Assembly: GCA_026914245.1 (NCBI GenBank)
Contig: CP110439.1
Location: 124,001-188,000, forward strand
Direction: 5' to 3'
From: Puccinia triticina
Lineage: Eukaryota
Length of the DNA stretch: 64,000 bases
In this document: piece by piece, positions 27,919-40,767 of the stretch
How the letters are laid out: each line of letters opens with the position of its first letter
Numbering within the stretch: the first letter of the stretch is position 1
The notes under the pieces: model-generated
Databases searched by the model: none
Told to the model about the DNA's origin: nothing
What the model saw: the letters and a program-made list of their open reading frames with translations, nothing else
Translations under genes and position numbers: made by a program

Positions 27919-30900
27919 GGCGAGATGAGTGGATTGATGCTGAGTAGGGGGGGGGGATAAATAAGTCTTATTCCTAGGCCCAAGACTCGGTGGTTCAGGG
28001 GCTTAATTATGATGTGTTCCTGAAAGATGATGTCAAGTGGTGGGAGCGGGGGAGCGAGTATGGAATAGAGGTTCTTTGAGGTTCTTTGAATTGATTCCGG
28101 GAGGAAGATGGTATCGGATCTCGATGAAATGAAAGCGAGTCGAGGTTAGATATCTGCGCGGATTTGAGCTGGATGGCTATGACAGAGGGGATTATGAGTA
28201 TGCGTTTATAAGGATTTCTTGCGTATTTATTGATTGATTGTAGATGTTTATATAAATAAATAGGTATAGAACTGTTTGTTTGTTGAATGGTATGGGTCCG
28301 TAGGAGTAAAGGCTGCTGAAGGTTAAATAAGGGAGCAGATGGAATCGGTAGGGATGACGATGGAAGTCTGTTGATAGACAGGAGTTCGGTTGGTGAGGAT
28401 GAAAATAGTTGGTTGGTTGGTTGAAAGTGCGTGGAGTGGTCGATAGGATGATAAATAGGTTTCGGTACCAATCAGTGGGTTTGATCTGCTTGGGCTCAAG
28501 GCTGTCTGTTATGTAGAGAGAAAAAGAAGGGGACAAGGGACATACACAGTTCTTTTATAAACAGTGCTGGATATCTTGATATCAAGACTGGATACGAGTG
28601 AAGTTGGTTGGCGTGGGACGAGGGTATGTGGGGGGGTATGTGATCAGCGATTGATGGGCTGGGCTGAGCGGATGGGTGGAGTGTGATGGGGCAATATTAT
28701 TATTGTTCTTATTATTATGTCGGAGAGAGATGACTATTTAAGGACAGGTTGGCTTCCAGTGCGTCTGTCGCCGCTGGAGGGTGATCGCAGGCTCGGGTGT
28801 CGCTGGCTGGGGTGAGGCTAAAGCAAAAGGAGTGTAAAAGACGACAGATAGTATTAGCACTGGGTCAGTTCGAAAGGAAGGTGGGTGGGCTGCTGAGATG
28901 GCTGGGGACAGCTTGGATATAAAAGTAGTACAGACAGATCTATGGATTTGGATTAGCTCACTGGGAATAATGGACCGCTGGTGGGTTGAAAGGCTTCAAG
29001 ATTAGAGTTCGAATCGTAAAGGAAGGGAATGTTTGACAACACACGAGTTTTGGTGGGAACTTCAGCGTGCTCACTGGTTTTTAACACGGCTATTTTAAAT
29101 ACAACTTGGTATGCAGCTATTTCTGGATTTCTTGGACTTCTTGGATTTTGGATGATGACGATGACCGGCTTCCTGCCACAGACTTCTTTTTGCTGGAAGG
29201 GATTTAAAGGGAATGAATATGTATGTGTTTAAATATGCATGTGGTAACAGAATGTTAGCGAGGGAGAGTCCTCTGGGGGCCCGGGACTGGACACCGTCTT
29301 CGGGAGGGGAGCAGTCGAATAGAGTTGGATAGCTTTGCCCAAATATTCCACTGTACATACTCTTGACAATCTCAAGAACTCGCCACAGCTGTCACGACTC
29401 ACGAGGCCTTGGAAAGATCAGATCCAGGGCGCGGGTGTACAGTTGAGCTGAGTCAGAAAAAGATGGAATCTGTATCGGGGAGGGATCCGGATGACTCGAC
29501 AACCGGTGCAAGCCTAGCTTCGCAAATATTCCAGTTCAACCGAATCGAAGTTCGAAATTGTAAATTACTTCGGGCACGGGAATCGCACCCACCGGAGGTC
29601 ATGATGGAGAGTGTTGGAAGCGTGGCGGGGTCATGAAGTGCTGGAGGCCACCCCGCGAGTCAGATGCGATGACGGCCGGCTGGAAGCTGAGAGGTGTTGC
29701 AACCCTGCAGGAATCTAACGTGGCCTCAACTTCAAGTCAGTCCGCCAGCCGACAGACCGGCAAGAAACAGACCCAACTGAGTCTGTTGTTCGGCATGACT
29801 CGGGGGTCGAAGTTCAACTGGTTGGGAAACGAACCCCCGCCCTGAGTTTCGGTATCCGTAGTTTCGGTTTGTTCTGCCCGGTGCTTGGCCGAACCGGGCG
29901 CAGCGGCAGCCGCGCCGTGGTATGTATGTATCAGCCTCGGCCTCTCTGACAGACAACGTGGGCGGAGGGTCGCGCTTACATGGAGCCGCCACTGCTTGGC
30001 TTGCCGATAGGCGTCATTTAAGTTGGGTCTGAGCTCAGGCCAGCTCAGGCCACATACATATCATACAATGACTTGAGTATTACATAAATAAGTATTTATG
30101 TAGCGATTTCCTTCGTCTTCGCTTGCGGGTAACATCAGTCGATTCTCAGCACTCTTCGATTCAGCTCATCAACATCACTCTCCCTCTTGAGCAAGTTGAA
30201 ATCAACCTGATGCGGCAGAAGCAATCTCCTTCAAGCGGCACCCATTTCAGGAATAAAATCGCTTCCAACCTCTTCCAGCTTGTAATGCATCCAGACCTCA
30301 CCCACTGGCGGACATGCACCTACCTAGATCAACTAAGAACAGCCACACATTTTACTTGTATACACACAACAAGGGTTAGGGATATTGATAGATATTCATG
30401 CTCAATACTAAATATCTGCCCCCCCCCCCCCATCAAGTTCTAAAGCAACAGGCTGCAACAGGGCTAAGAGGGAAAGCAGGCTATGTGGCATCAGATCCAC
30501 ATGATTTCACTTATGGTCTGGTGTCCAGTGCAAGCTGATGACAGCCAGCGTGCAAAGCGCATGAATCCCTGCAGACACGAGTTAAACAGGCTGGTTACTT
30601 GGATCAGGGGGAAGGATGCAGCCCAGTGTTACAAGGAAGCTGAGCTAGGTTGAAATAAGTTTATAGGCAACCATACTTAACACTAGCCAGATAGCAGAAA
30701 GTTGAACATAGAGGTTGTAAAGGCCACTGGTTGAATGATTAGTGTTACATTGATTGGCGTGTTTTATTTCCTTAACCTACACAGCTGAAACAGAAGAGGA
30801 TAACAGAAGAGCATGTGTACGTGTGAAGAACGAGCAATAAACAGGAAGGAATGAAAGATCCCGGAAACAATGCAGATTCACAATCATGGAAGATGTCAAT

Positions 30901-31129
30901 AGACAATACAAACATGTGTAAAATGTACTCAAGGTATCTCCGTATTGACATAAGATTAACTAGAAATAAGAAATGAAGCAAGAGACCAGTCAGATTTGAG
31001 CAATAAGAATGATAAAATAGTGGCCGCTATATAAACCCATGTATATGTGCAAAGTAACTAATGGAGTGTTTAAGAGCTTGATTTTCTGTCATATACACAA
31101 TCTATCATGGTGCAAGTCCTGAGCTCGCT

Positions 31130-32958
31130 TCAACGGCCGTTTTGATATATCTGGGCCCGGATTTCATCAAATGGGTCCTTGTAGGCGGCCATTTGAGGGG
31201 GTGATCGAATGTGATCTACTTCATGGGCGGTGCCTGATGGGGCTGCATACCCGGCAGGGACTCGGTCTGATTCGAATATTGGCCTTTCACCATCTGATTT
31301 TAGGAAGAAGAAAAAAAATCAACAAGAATGCGTTCATTCAAGATGAGAATCATCAGACTCACAATAGCCTCCAACGTTACTTGGCCGAACAGCGGTCATC
31401 TCTTGGGGGAATTGGGGAGGAGGTGATCGTTCATAAGGCTCATCAGCTCGGAAATCATCATCTTCATCGTCAACTGTCCTGACTCCGACACCTTGGGGCG
31501 GCTCAAAGGCAAGGTGCCTTGGTCCTAGTTTTCGGATCGAATACCAAGACTTGAAAACGATTCCCAGAGAGAGGCCGAAGCTTACTGTGCCATTGAAACA
31601 CAAAGTCGATATTTGTTTCAGTGGATGCAACGAAAGACGAGTGAATGGGGCTTTGACAAAAAAGAGGAAACCATACGGAACGAAAACCACCAAAAAGCGG
31701 CAGCAGCTCTCTTGTTGCCTGCAAGAAAGAAGGATGGAGATGAGGGCAGAAGCCTATCAGTTATCGTCTTGACCGCTCAAAGGGCAATGAGCAAACATAC
31801 GGCAGAAGCCATCAATGTGCGAGATGTAGTCAGTGTTAGAGGCATTGGGATCTGCCTTCGAGTTCTTACAGCCCCCCGTATATGCAGAAATGGTGGCTAT
31901 CAGCCTGCAATATGTTCATCAACATCGCAAGAAAGAATTATGTTAGCGTCAACTTAGCGATGAGTTGTAGTAATGAGAAATTAGTATTGAATCCACAATC
32001 CTCAAAACTGACGATAAAACGAGTGCTAGCCCGGTTTGGGTACCGTACACGATGAACTGGATTCGCGTTAGTCGGATGGCACGGGCAAAGCCTCTGACTG
32101 GAGACAAGAGGAAGATATCACAGTTAGAAATATAAACTTTTGAGGTGATTGATTATACGTATGATGTGGGCAAAGGAACATAGCAGCTTACGCATGTCTG
32201 TACGCTCGTATATCTGTGGGACAAAAAGAAACACAAGGGCGTGTAGAAGTCCTTGCACAAGAACGAACTGGATGAAGGAAAGCGGAGGCGCAGTCAATCA
32301 AATTAGGGTTTGATTGGGAATCGCTTCAACGCTCCTGATCAACTTTTTTCAGTAAAAAGAAAACATACGATTGCCAGTCCTGTGAGCCCCGACGGCCCGA
32401 CGCCCCATTTCTAACGGAACAGGAATTACAAGACTTGAGCGGCTGAGAATGTCAAGGGAGAGCGGGAAAAAGGCTACTGACCTTCTGAAAAACAGCTATG
32501 GCGATGTAAATAAACAGGTTGATGAACAGGAAGAAGATCTAAGATGGGGTCAACCCAGTCAGCGAGAAGGGTTAGGGCAAGGGTCAATAAGTCACGAACG
32601 GTGAGAGCCCTGATGGTGATTTGAATCGGGCTGGTATCTTCATCGTCTAGGAGCGAGCCGGTAGCGTTCCCACCCTCGCCGCCGATCCGGCCAAACCCTC
32701 TCCCGGATCTTGCTTGGGGACTGTTATCTTGGGAGGAGAGTGGGCCGCCGCTAATTCCGCGTGATTCGTATGCAGCCCCACCTATGGGTGGTATTTTGGG
32801 CGAATGTTTGCCCTTTCCGAAGGCTCTGTATGGGGTGTTGGCAGAGGGATGTTGGTGAGCTTTCTGGTTTGGGGATGGGCTGAATGAAGTGGATGTCGCT
32901 CGTACCTGTTCAGACCGGTGAAGTCAGCCCCTCTGAGCTTTTCGAGGAAGGCTGCCAT
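31130..32958 (-). CDS. Multi-pass (about 4 TM) membrane protein, MARVEL-like
   Basis: MAAFLEKLRG start; hydrophobic segments IFFLFINLFIYIAIAVF and FVLVQGLLHALVFLFVP; loop GGCKNSKADPNA..DGFCRNKRAAAAFWWF; acidic C-terminal tail ending IYQNGR*. The family call is an inference. Confidence 0.7.
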
Positions 32959-33639
32959 TGGGCCTCAATGTGGGTTGAGGTATTTATCTTTTTGCAGGAG
33001 ATCGAGATGTTGAGTTTTTGAGTGTTTGTAGTTTTCTGAGCTGGGATGGGTGGATTGAGGGGGAGTGATGATGGTTTTGGGAACGATCACAGTGTGGGCG
33101 AGCCGGTCGACGCGTTGGATGTTGGCCAACCATCCACGGGGCGCGTTCTCGGTTCGTGCGAAGCCCCACCGGGGGGCACGCGGGGGAAAAATGCTTGGCA
33201 TGGCAGGGCGGTGAGCCCACGGGAGTCTTGGCGCGCGCCCGACAGCGGCCGACGGCTGGGCAGCGGGCAGCCTGGTCGCCGACGTCGCCGGCTGGATGAC
33301 GTAGTAAATACCTACACATGCAAGGAAATTTTCAAGTTTGGGCGCCGGCGATCGCTCCTGATCTCTCCTGATGGTGATTGTGATCTGGGAGCAGGCAACA
33401 ATGGACATGTTTAAATGTATTGCTGGCTGGGGGGAAACTGCATTCCAATTGCAAGAGAAAAACCGAACACAGTCACTCCCCCTGATTCTTGCAAGTGATC
33501 GAAAGAATGGGGAGACGTCTGCTTACATAAAACTATTCAGTGCGCCCGGGCGAGCCCCCCCTTGTTAACAGTTGAGGCCACACCCACGCACGCTGGCGGA
33601 CGACCACTGCTCAGCTGAGGAAGATACACAGCACCTGCC

Positions 33640-35305
33640 ATGCCGCCCAAGAAACTGCCGCCCCATCTCCCGCTCGCCGCCTTCTCATCCACCCCGGCAT
33701 CCGAACAGCAGGCCAGCCAACTACTCACTCGAAGGGTCCCACTGCTCGCCATCGATGCCCACGTCTTCCTACCCGAATCTGAAGCAGCCGGCGGCCGGTC
33801 AAGCGCCAAGTTATGGCAGGACTCTATCCTGCCATTCTGCCCCAAACAGCAATCAACCGCCGAGCAGCAACAAGCACTGTCAACCACCACCCAGTTCAAA
33901 GGCTTCATCCATATCCACCAGCAACCGCCTTGGCTACTCGAACCTACCCCTGATGATCCAAATCAAGCTGCCCAACTGGTCTCAAGCAGATGGGATACTG
34001 AATCTCAAAACATATTCCGGTTAGCCCTCTATGTTCATCTCTCTCCAAGTCAACACGATTGGCATTGCTTTGGCCAATTGCTGATCGCCATCAATTCTAA
34101 TGTCTTGACAGGATCGATAAACAACTCGTCGAAATCCAAATTGCCCCTCCGATGGGTCAGGTGGTCTGGGCACCCTTACACCAGGGCCCATCCGTTCTAG
34201 GATCCTATCTCGATCAGCTATCGAACCTTTCCATCCGGATCTGCGGATGCTGTCATCTCATCGAGCGAAAGTCAACAACACGCAACGCCAGTCTGGTCGA
34301 CCCCCAATTCGTCGAGAGTCTTAAACTGCTAGGTGAAAGAGGCTTGACGGTCGAGTTGATGGTCGATGGTAATCACGAGCGCTCTGCTAGGGCGATCCTC
34401 GACGAGGTCTTGGAATGCGTATCAGCTGTCAGACAGGGTCAAGATTCAAAGTCGGAAACCAAATTTGTTTTATGCCAGATGGGTTCGTCATTACTAAATG
34501 TATATTGTTTACAGGGAAAAATACTGATAATCTAATCTACCACTTTCCTCAATTCATATATGTGTATGCATGTAGGCATGCCAGAGATGATCTCCACCCA
34601 ATCGCTCGTACCAAGCTCTGCTTCCTATTCCTCAATACTCTCACGATTGTTCTCTCTATCGCTCTTTTCGGACTTTCATATCAAACTATCGGGTTTGCCA
34701 CTGATTCTCGAAGAAGATCTCAACAAACGAGCCTGCGACCGATTCCTGAAATTCCACAAGCGCAACCCGCGTCCTGACCTCGAACCTTCTACCCCTGTCG
34801 CCGTGCATGAAGACGAGGAGAACGGGAAGCGAGAGGATGAGAGAGATGCCGTAGCTCAGGGTGAAGCCGCCTGGAGAGAGGTCAAAAAACGGATCAAGTT
34901 TTATCTAGAACCGATTCTTGAAGCCTTTGGTGATCATCGCCTCATCTATGCCAGCGGCTTTCCATGTACGTCGTAATACCACACCTCTTCTACCTATGAT
35001 GATGGATCGTTGATCCAACCCTGTGCCCCCCTCCCTGACTGTCGACCCGATAAACAAACAGACTATGATGTACCTCAGGTATCTTCTCCAGCGACCAAGT
35101 CGATTGGACGCTATGAATATCAATTCGAGATCTTCAGGGAGTGTTTAACCGAGTTCGGATTAGAAAATGGCGCCTTGGACAATGTATTTGGACTCAATGC
35201 CCAGTGAGTCTTACAAGGCCTAATGATACGCGCTTACCGATCCCTGATAATTCTCCTCATTCCACCTTGATCTTCCAACCATCCAGACGGTGCTATAAAG
35301 TTTGA
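33640..35305 (+). CDS. Amidohydrolase_2-fold protein resembling L-rhamnono-lactonase, with degenerate catalytic motifs
   Basis: IDAHVF, FKGFIHI, VVWAPL, FVESLKLLGERGL, IKLSG, ILEAFGDHRLIYASGFP, VFGLNAQRCY. GT-AG introns. Divergent from the 31130-32958 gene. Confidence 0.75.
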
Positions 35306-36522
35306 CATTCAGCCTGCGTATATATTCCTCTCGCAACCAATCAAACTAATCAGTATTCAGCGGCAATCGTCGCTAGAGTTCTTGTGCGGGCCCAAGAACG
35401 TTTCATCCATGCGTTCGTACCCACGTAGTCCATGCTTTCAAAATGATTTAATCATCAATGTTACACCTTTTTTTCGCTTAGAGCTAATGTCCATGCACCG
35501 TGTTAACCAACTGTTGTATTAGCTTCTTTAGTCAGAAGTAATCTTCATTTTTTTCCCACTTTCTTTGATGCATGCAAGTTACACTTTTTAACACCCCGCA
35601 ACAGATTTTTATCAAGAGAAAAGTGAAAATCTGACAATGTTTGTTGTGAAAAATCCATTTCCCAATCACACCTGCAATCATTCTGAGTTTTCCAGAAAAA
35701 AAAGCCAAGTATTAAATTATCTTTGAACAAACAATGCTCTCATTTTGAATTGGTCACCAGTGATTCAATTATCTAGTGCCCAGCAAATATGTTCGATGAA
35801 AATACTGAAATTGGGTTCAGTGGTGGCTTTGCCACTTGCCAAGCACACAGCTTAGATACTATTCTTACTCACACCTTTTGCATCACTTAGAGTTCATTTT
35901 CTTCACTTAAATCGGATTCATTGTTACCTGCTGTTGTGGTTTATATGGTGCAATTTGTACCATATAAGCCACCTGACCATTTGAGCTTTTCAAAGCGGCA
36001 GCTGTCCACTTGAAGCCACTCATATTTGAAAAAATTACTGGTGCCTACCACAAGTACTGTTAGGTACGTACATATTTGGTATGGTATTGTCAGGCAAGGA
36101 CACTGCTCAAGCTGTGAAAAGATGAAACAAACCATATAAACAGAAGGGATATGTAGCTCCGCCAAGCCTTTCCTTATTCTTTTATGGGGCTTGGGACACG
36201 CCAAGTACCGGCTTCCTGCTTCCCCAAATTTCCCAATGGTCAACATTCTATCCTTGGGCCTATGATTTGGTAGCACAACTTTGAGTCAAAGCTTCAATTT
36301 TTGAGCACTCCTTACAGCTGGCAGTTGGTACACTTGAAGGAGAATGGGTCATTGAAAAACAGAGTATAAAAAACTTTTGTTGGCTTGGAGTCTCTTCTTG
36401 ACTGTTTTAAATTTTCTTACAAGTAAATAGATTCAATTTTGAAAGCACAAATAGAATACAGATAGAGGGTATTTATGGACAAGTTATTGCAAAACAAATG
36501 TATGCATGTGCCGCTAATGTTC

Positions 36523-37569
36523 CTAGGACCGCTTTACTGATTGAGGTTTTGGAGCTTCTTTAGGAGCTGGGAGGGCGACGAGGATGGGATTGATGGGCAC
36601 GGGGCTCGCGGTGAGGTCGCCTTTTTCACAGAAGGTAGTATTGTTAGAGTGTATCTTTGCTCCACACTCAATACAATAGGCCGCCTAGATTCAAATTTTT
36701 ATCAAGAGAATGTAAAGTATCAAAGTTGGTTTCAATTGTATGTCTTCTTGCGGTTTGGTAATGACATTTTCACATCATCTGCGAAGCAAAAAATGTACAC
36801 TCACCTTGGGGACTGAAAATAATGTACGTTTGCGGCCATCACATTTCTTGAAAGGGCCTGCTAACGCAGAAACACAGAAGTCCAATTTTTCAATGTTTAG
36901 GCAAGCACCAGCCCTGAAATAAAAATGTACCCAAAAATGATTTGTCAAAAATTGAAAGATTCTTAGATAACTAAAAAGAAGGTGAACAACTGTTTGTTGA
37001 GGACACGGGGTATTGGCTTACCTGATAGTTTTGTAGTTGGTGAGTAAAGAGTAAAAAGCCTCAGCGTCCGTCGATCCACTTGAGATCTCGGTAGCACAGC
37101 CGGCTAGGAATTTTTCAGTGGCGGATTGAAGAGAAGCGGGACTGCAAGCGGCAACTTTACACATGCTCGTCAGCCAAGCCTAGGAAAAAGTACCAGAACG
37201 AAAAATTAAAATAAAAAAAAACGATTGTCAGTGCGGATTTCAAGAAGCGGCCCAGACGTCGACAGATCATATACCAGGAGTACTGACCTTGATTGGGGTA
37301 GACACTGATTCCGTGGCCATGCGGATCTGAACCATGTCGGCCAGGCCCGCACAAGCGCGCACCTCAACCATGGTGGCGATCGCATTGTGACAGGTTGCGG
37401 AGAGCTCGCCCGAATTGTCGGCCGAGCTCGAGCTTGCAGCCGAGCCGCCCTCCTTTGTAACGGAAACCTTCTGCTGGTTCACATCCAACGTATTCGTCGT
37501 CTCGCCAATAACCGTTCTGACCAAGATGCTGACCACCAGGGCGGACATCAAGTCGCGGAAGAAAGCCAT
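36523..37569 (-). CDS. Small secreted Cys-rich protein, candidate effector
   Basis: Signal-peptide-like MAFFRDLMSALVVSILVRTVIG; 4 exons; 11 Cys in my splice model; Pro-rich tail ..KPQSVKRS*; TATAAAAT about 120 bp upstream. Confidence 0.75.
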
Positions 37570-38881
37570 TTTTATGCAATTGAGGAAGCTGGAAAATTGG
37601 AGTCGAAGAAACTGATATGTAATCGATATTGGATTGTGATGAGATGAGCCTTGTTGATGCACACCTGCTATGAGACGAGATACTTATTTTATACAAGCCG
37701 AAGAATGTGGATGAGTTTTTTGGATAGTGTCGGGGCTCGAAGAACCGTCCTTATCTATAGTAAAACACTGGCAGCTTCCCATAGAGGCAGGGACGCAGGA
37801 TGAAGGAAAGGTTTGGTGAGCGCGAGGACATCTCAGGCATCGTGGATATGCTCTTTATCCAGGCGGCGGACGACCGAGACCCTGCCTTGACGGAATAAAT
37901 TAGGCTTGACCCTTGGACCAAGAGACGGCATGGTTTACATGTGCTCTTCTGGACGGGAGGAAGGTACCTTGCCAAATGACGACTCCAGACCTCGGCTCCA
38001 AGTTTCGGCTAGGTGATGGTGTGCTGACTTCAATCACAAGGCTTGGTTACCAGAAGGTCCCGAGCGAAAATCGCGCCAGCCCATGTCGCTGTTGACTGTC
38101 CGCCTGGACGGTTGCCAGGTCCGCTGACCGCGTTTCGATGTCCATTCAAGACCTTCCTTTTAGCCATGGGAGGGTGGGGTTTTTCGCAGCCAGAGCCCAA
38201 AAGGTGGGGCTGTCGTCCCCAAAGTTGAAACAACGATGACCCTTCGCCTCCCTCAACGGGCATGGCCAACAGCGAACTTGACACCAGTGCGCCTGCCTGG
38301 GGCAGGGCGTGAGGCGACTCGCACGAAGTGCGACCCAGGCCCTAACTTAACAAGCTTAACCGAAGCCCCTCGTTTCAGAGTGAGGCGGGCGAAACTACCG
38401 CTATCCTACCCTAGATGTTGCGGAACGGAGTTCCGTGGACCACTCGACTTCTTGAGATAAATTTTTAGGATATAGTGTGCCGGTCATCTTTTGCTGGAAA
38501 GCCACTTGGTTCTACGTCTGTCCACACCGGGGGCGAGGAGGAGAGAGTTCTATGCAGGCTGCTCGACGGGGTTTGACTTTCAAGTTAATACTATGTAGCG
38601 CAGAAATTGCATATTTACATAGCTTGGATTTCCATTGCAGTAATGCAATTGTTGCGGGTGTCTTTAAGTTTGTTGAGATGTGGTGGGTAATGTATATGCG
38701 CGGATGATATTTACATGAATGTCCAGAAATTATTTCGTGGAGCGTGACAAGTTAAGGAACGATTGAGATTATTAGCGGAGCGTAAGATGTCCGTCAGAAT
38801 TCCGAAGAGATACTTGCTAAATTTGCTCTGCTTGTTGAATTTAAGAAGAACGAAATTGCTGATAACCAACGACGGTTGTGA

Positions 38882-40767
38882 CTATGAGGCTGGAGTGACG
38901 GTAGGACAGTGGGGATGCCCAGGATTGACGTTACAGTTGAGACTTGAGACGTAAGATTTCCAGGCTTCAAACAGCAAAATCGTGAAGGCTTGACCTTCAG
39001 GACTGACATATCCAGTAATGGGCTTTGTGCCATTGAACGCCTTGACTGCATTCCAATCTAAAGGGTCCACGACTGGGGCCACTGCGCCCGTTTCCCGGTT
39101 GGTGTATCTTGTGAAAATGGCCACACGGGCTGCATTGATGGCATCCAGCGGCAAGTGCTTTGCACATTTCGGGCGAAGAGATGCAAGTCGGTAGCCAGCG
39201 GCGGCAATTAGAGCCGTCCCAGAGCACTCTGGGTCTGCAAAGGTAGTGTAGAGCCAACAAGATTACTTTCCAGACATCTGGGGTTTCAGAAATGTTAGTA
39301 CAGATGCTCACAGTTGTGCGAAACGTTGGTGTTGGCCAGATAGTTGGGCAAAAGCTGCGTATCCTTGCATTGGTAAACGTAGGCACCTTTGACGATCTCA
39401 GTGACCCAATTAGCCAAATCTTCTTTCCATGGCTCAGTAAGTTCTCTGAGCTTCGGGTCGCGCAAGTTGAGAAAGGTGGAATAGAGTCTCATCATGCCAG
39501 CGGCTGCCCATCCGTTTCCTGGGAAGAACAACATGTTCTCCGATGTCAGATGTTGCGTTCGAAATGCGATTTTTTTTTTTTGATTATGAGCTCACCAGTA
39601 GACCAAAACTTGCGATCTTCAAAACTTCCTGTTTAAAATAACGAAGCGTTTTAGCCAGCCGCTATCTCCTCAGATTAAGAGCTTTACCAACCGTCTACAA
39701 TATGTTCCCATACTTTAATTTTGCCATCCTGCAATATAGTTCGGTATTGCTTGGCTTGATTGTAAGCTATTTCCAGTATGGTAGCGTTGGATGTAGCAGC
39801 TCCGTAATAAGCCAAAAATGGAGGAGCCATGTAGACATAATCTGACCTTTGATGAAAAAACAGCGGCGAAAGACATTCGGGAGTGAGAATGAGGTTAAGG
39901 AAATTGAGAAAAAAAACTCACCAGTATTGCAGCTCTTTGTTCCTTTGAGAGATGGCGCCGTTTTCATTAATCGGGACATGATTCAATAACCAATCTAACT
40001 GGTCATCCGCAAGCTTTTGAAAGTATGTAGACCTTTCTGATTCCACAAAAAAACAAATTGAGATTCAGCTCACCAGCTCCGTGAAGGGAAGACATTTAGG
40101 GCGAAATCTACCTTTGTCGCTGGTCGCAGCAGAAACAAGTACGGCGACCCCCAAGCTCGCAGGGTCGCCTGACGCGCCATCCCCATCAACGATAGGCAGA
40201 GTTTTAGGATCTCGTTTCGCAAGGATGGGCTCAATGAATTCGATCAACTCTGAAGGAGGTTGCAGTAGCCCATCTTGTGTAGACAGTGGCAGTTGGCGCG
40301 TGTTAGAGTAAACGCTATACTCTGGGTAATTTCGCTCAAGGATTACTTCCGCTTGGGCGCCCCATTCCCAACTTGAGATAGACAATATTGGTAACACACA
40401 TCAGTGGCACTGCTTATCGGGGAATGTTTTGAGGAAATCTTGCAAACCTGTGATTTGCTACGCGGTTCAGAACTTCATACACCAATTCGGCAATTTTTTC
40501 GAAATCGTAGTCTATGTTTGTGTGCACCTGAGGGGCATCCGGGGCAGACCTCTCAGAGAGAACCGAGTTGACGGAATGTGATTGGATTCTGGCTAGAAGA
40601 AAAAAAAGTAATAAAGTACAAACTACCAGTCAGAACTTGAGTATTCATCGGGTTTTGGAATGAAAATAAACTCCTCGTGACTCACAGATTCCAGGCAAAG
40701 AAGAGACGGACAGCACGCTGCCAATCAGCATGGTGACTTGAAATTGAATAAGAGCCAGTTTCAACAT
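38882..40767 (-). CDS. Secreted six-hairpin glycosidase, GH105/GH88-like
   Basis: Signal-like MLKLALIQFQVTMLIGSVLSVSS; SSWEWGAQAE, GDPASLG, NGAISQR, WSDYVYMAPPFLAYYG, GNGWAAAGMMR, SPEGQAFTILL. Confidence 0.82.

Noticed and set aside
30281..30749. Possible solo LTR (TGTAA...TTACA)
   Set aside because: Flanks CAGCT and TTGAT do not form a TSD, and there is no second copy in the window.
32965..33414. Overlapping GC-rich ORFs between the divergent genes
   Set aside because: Best explained as a bidirectional promoter/5' UTR region; no coding motifs.
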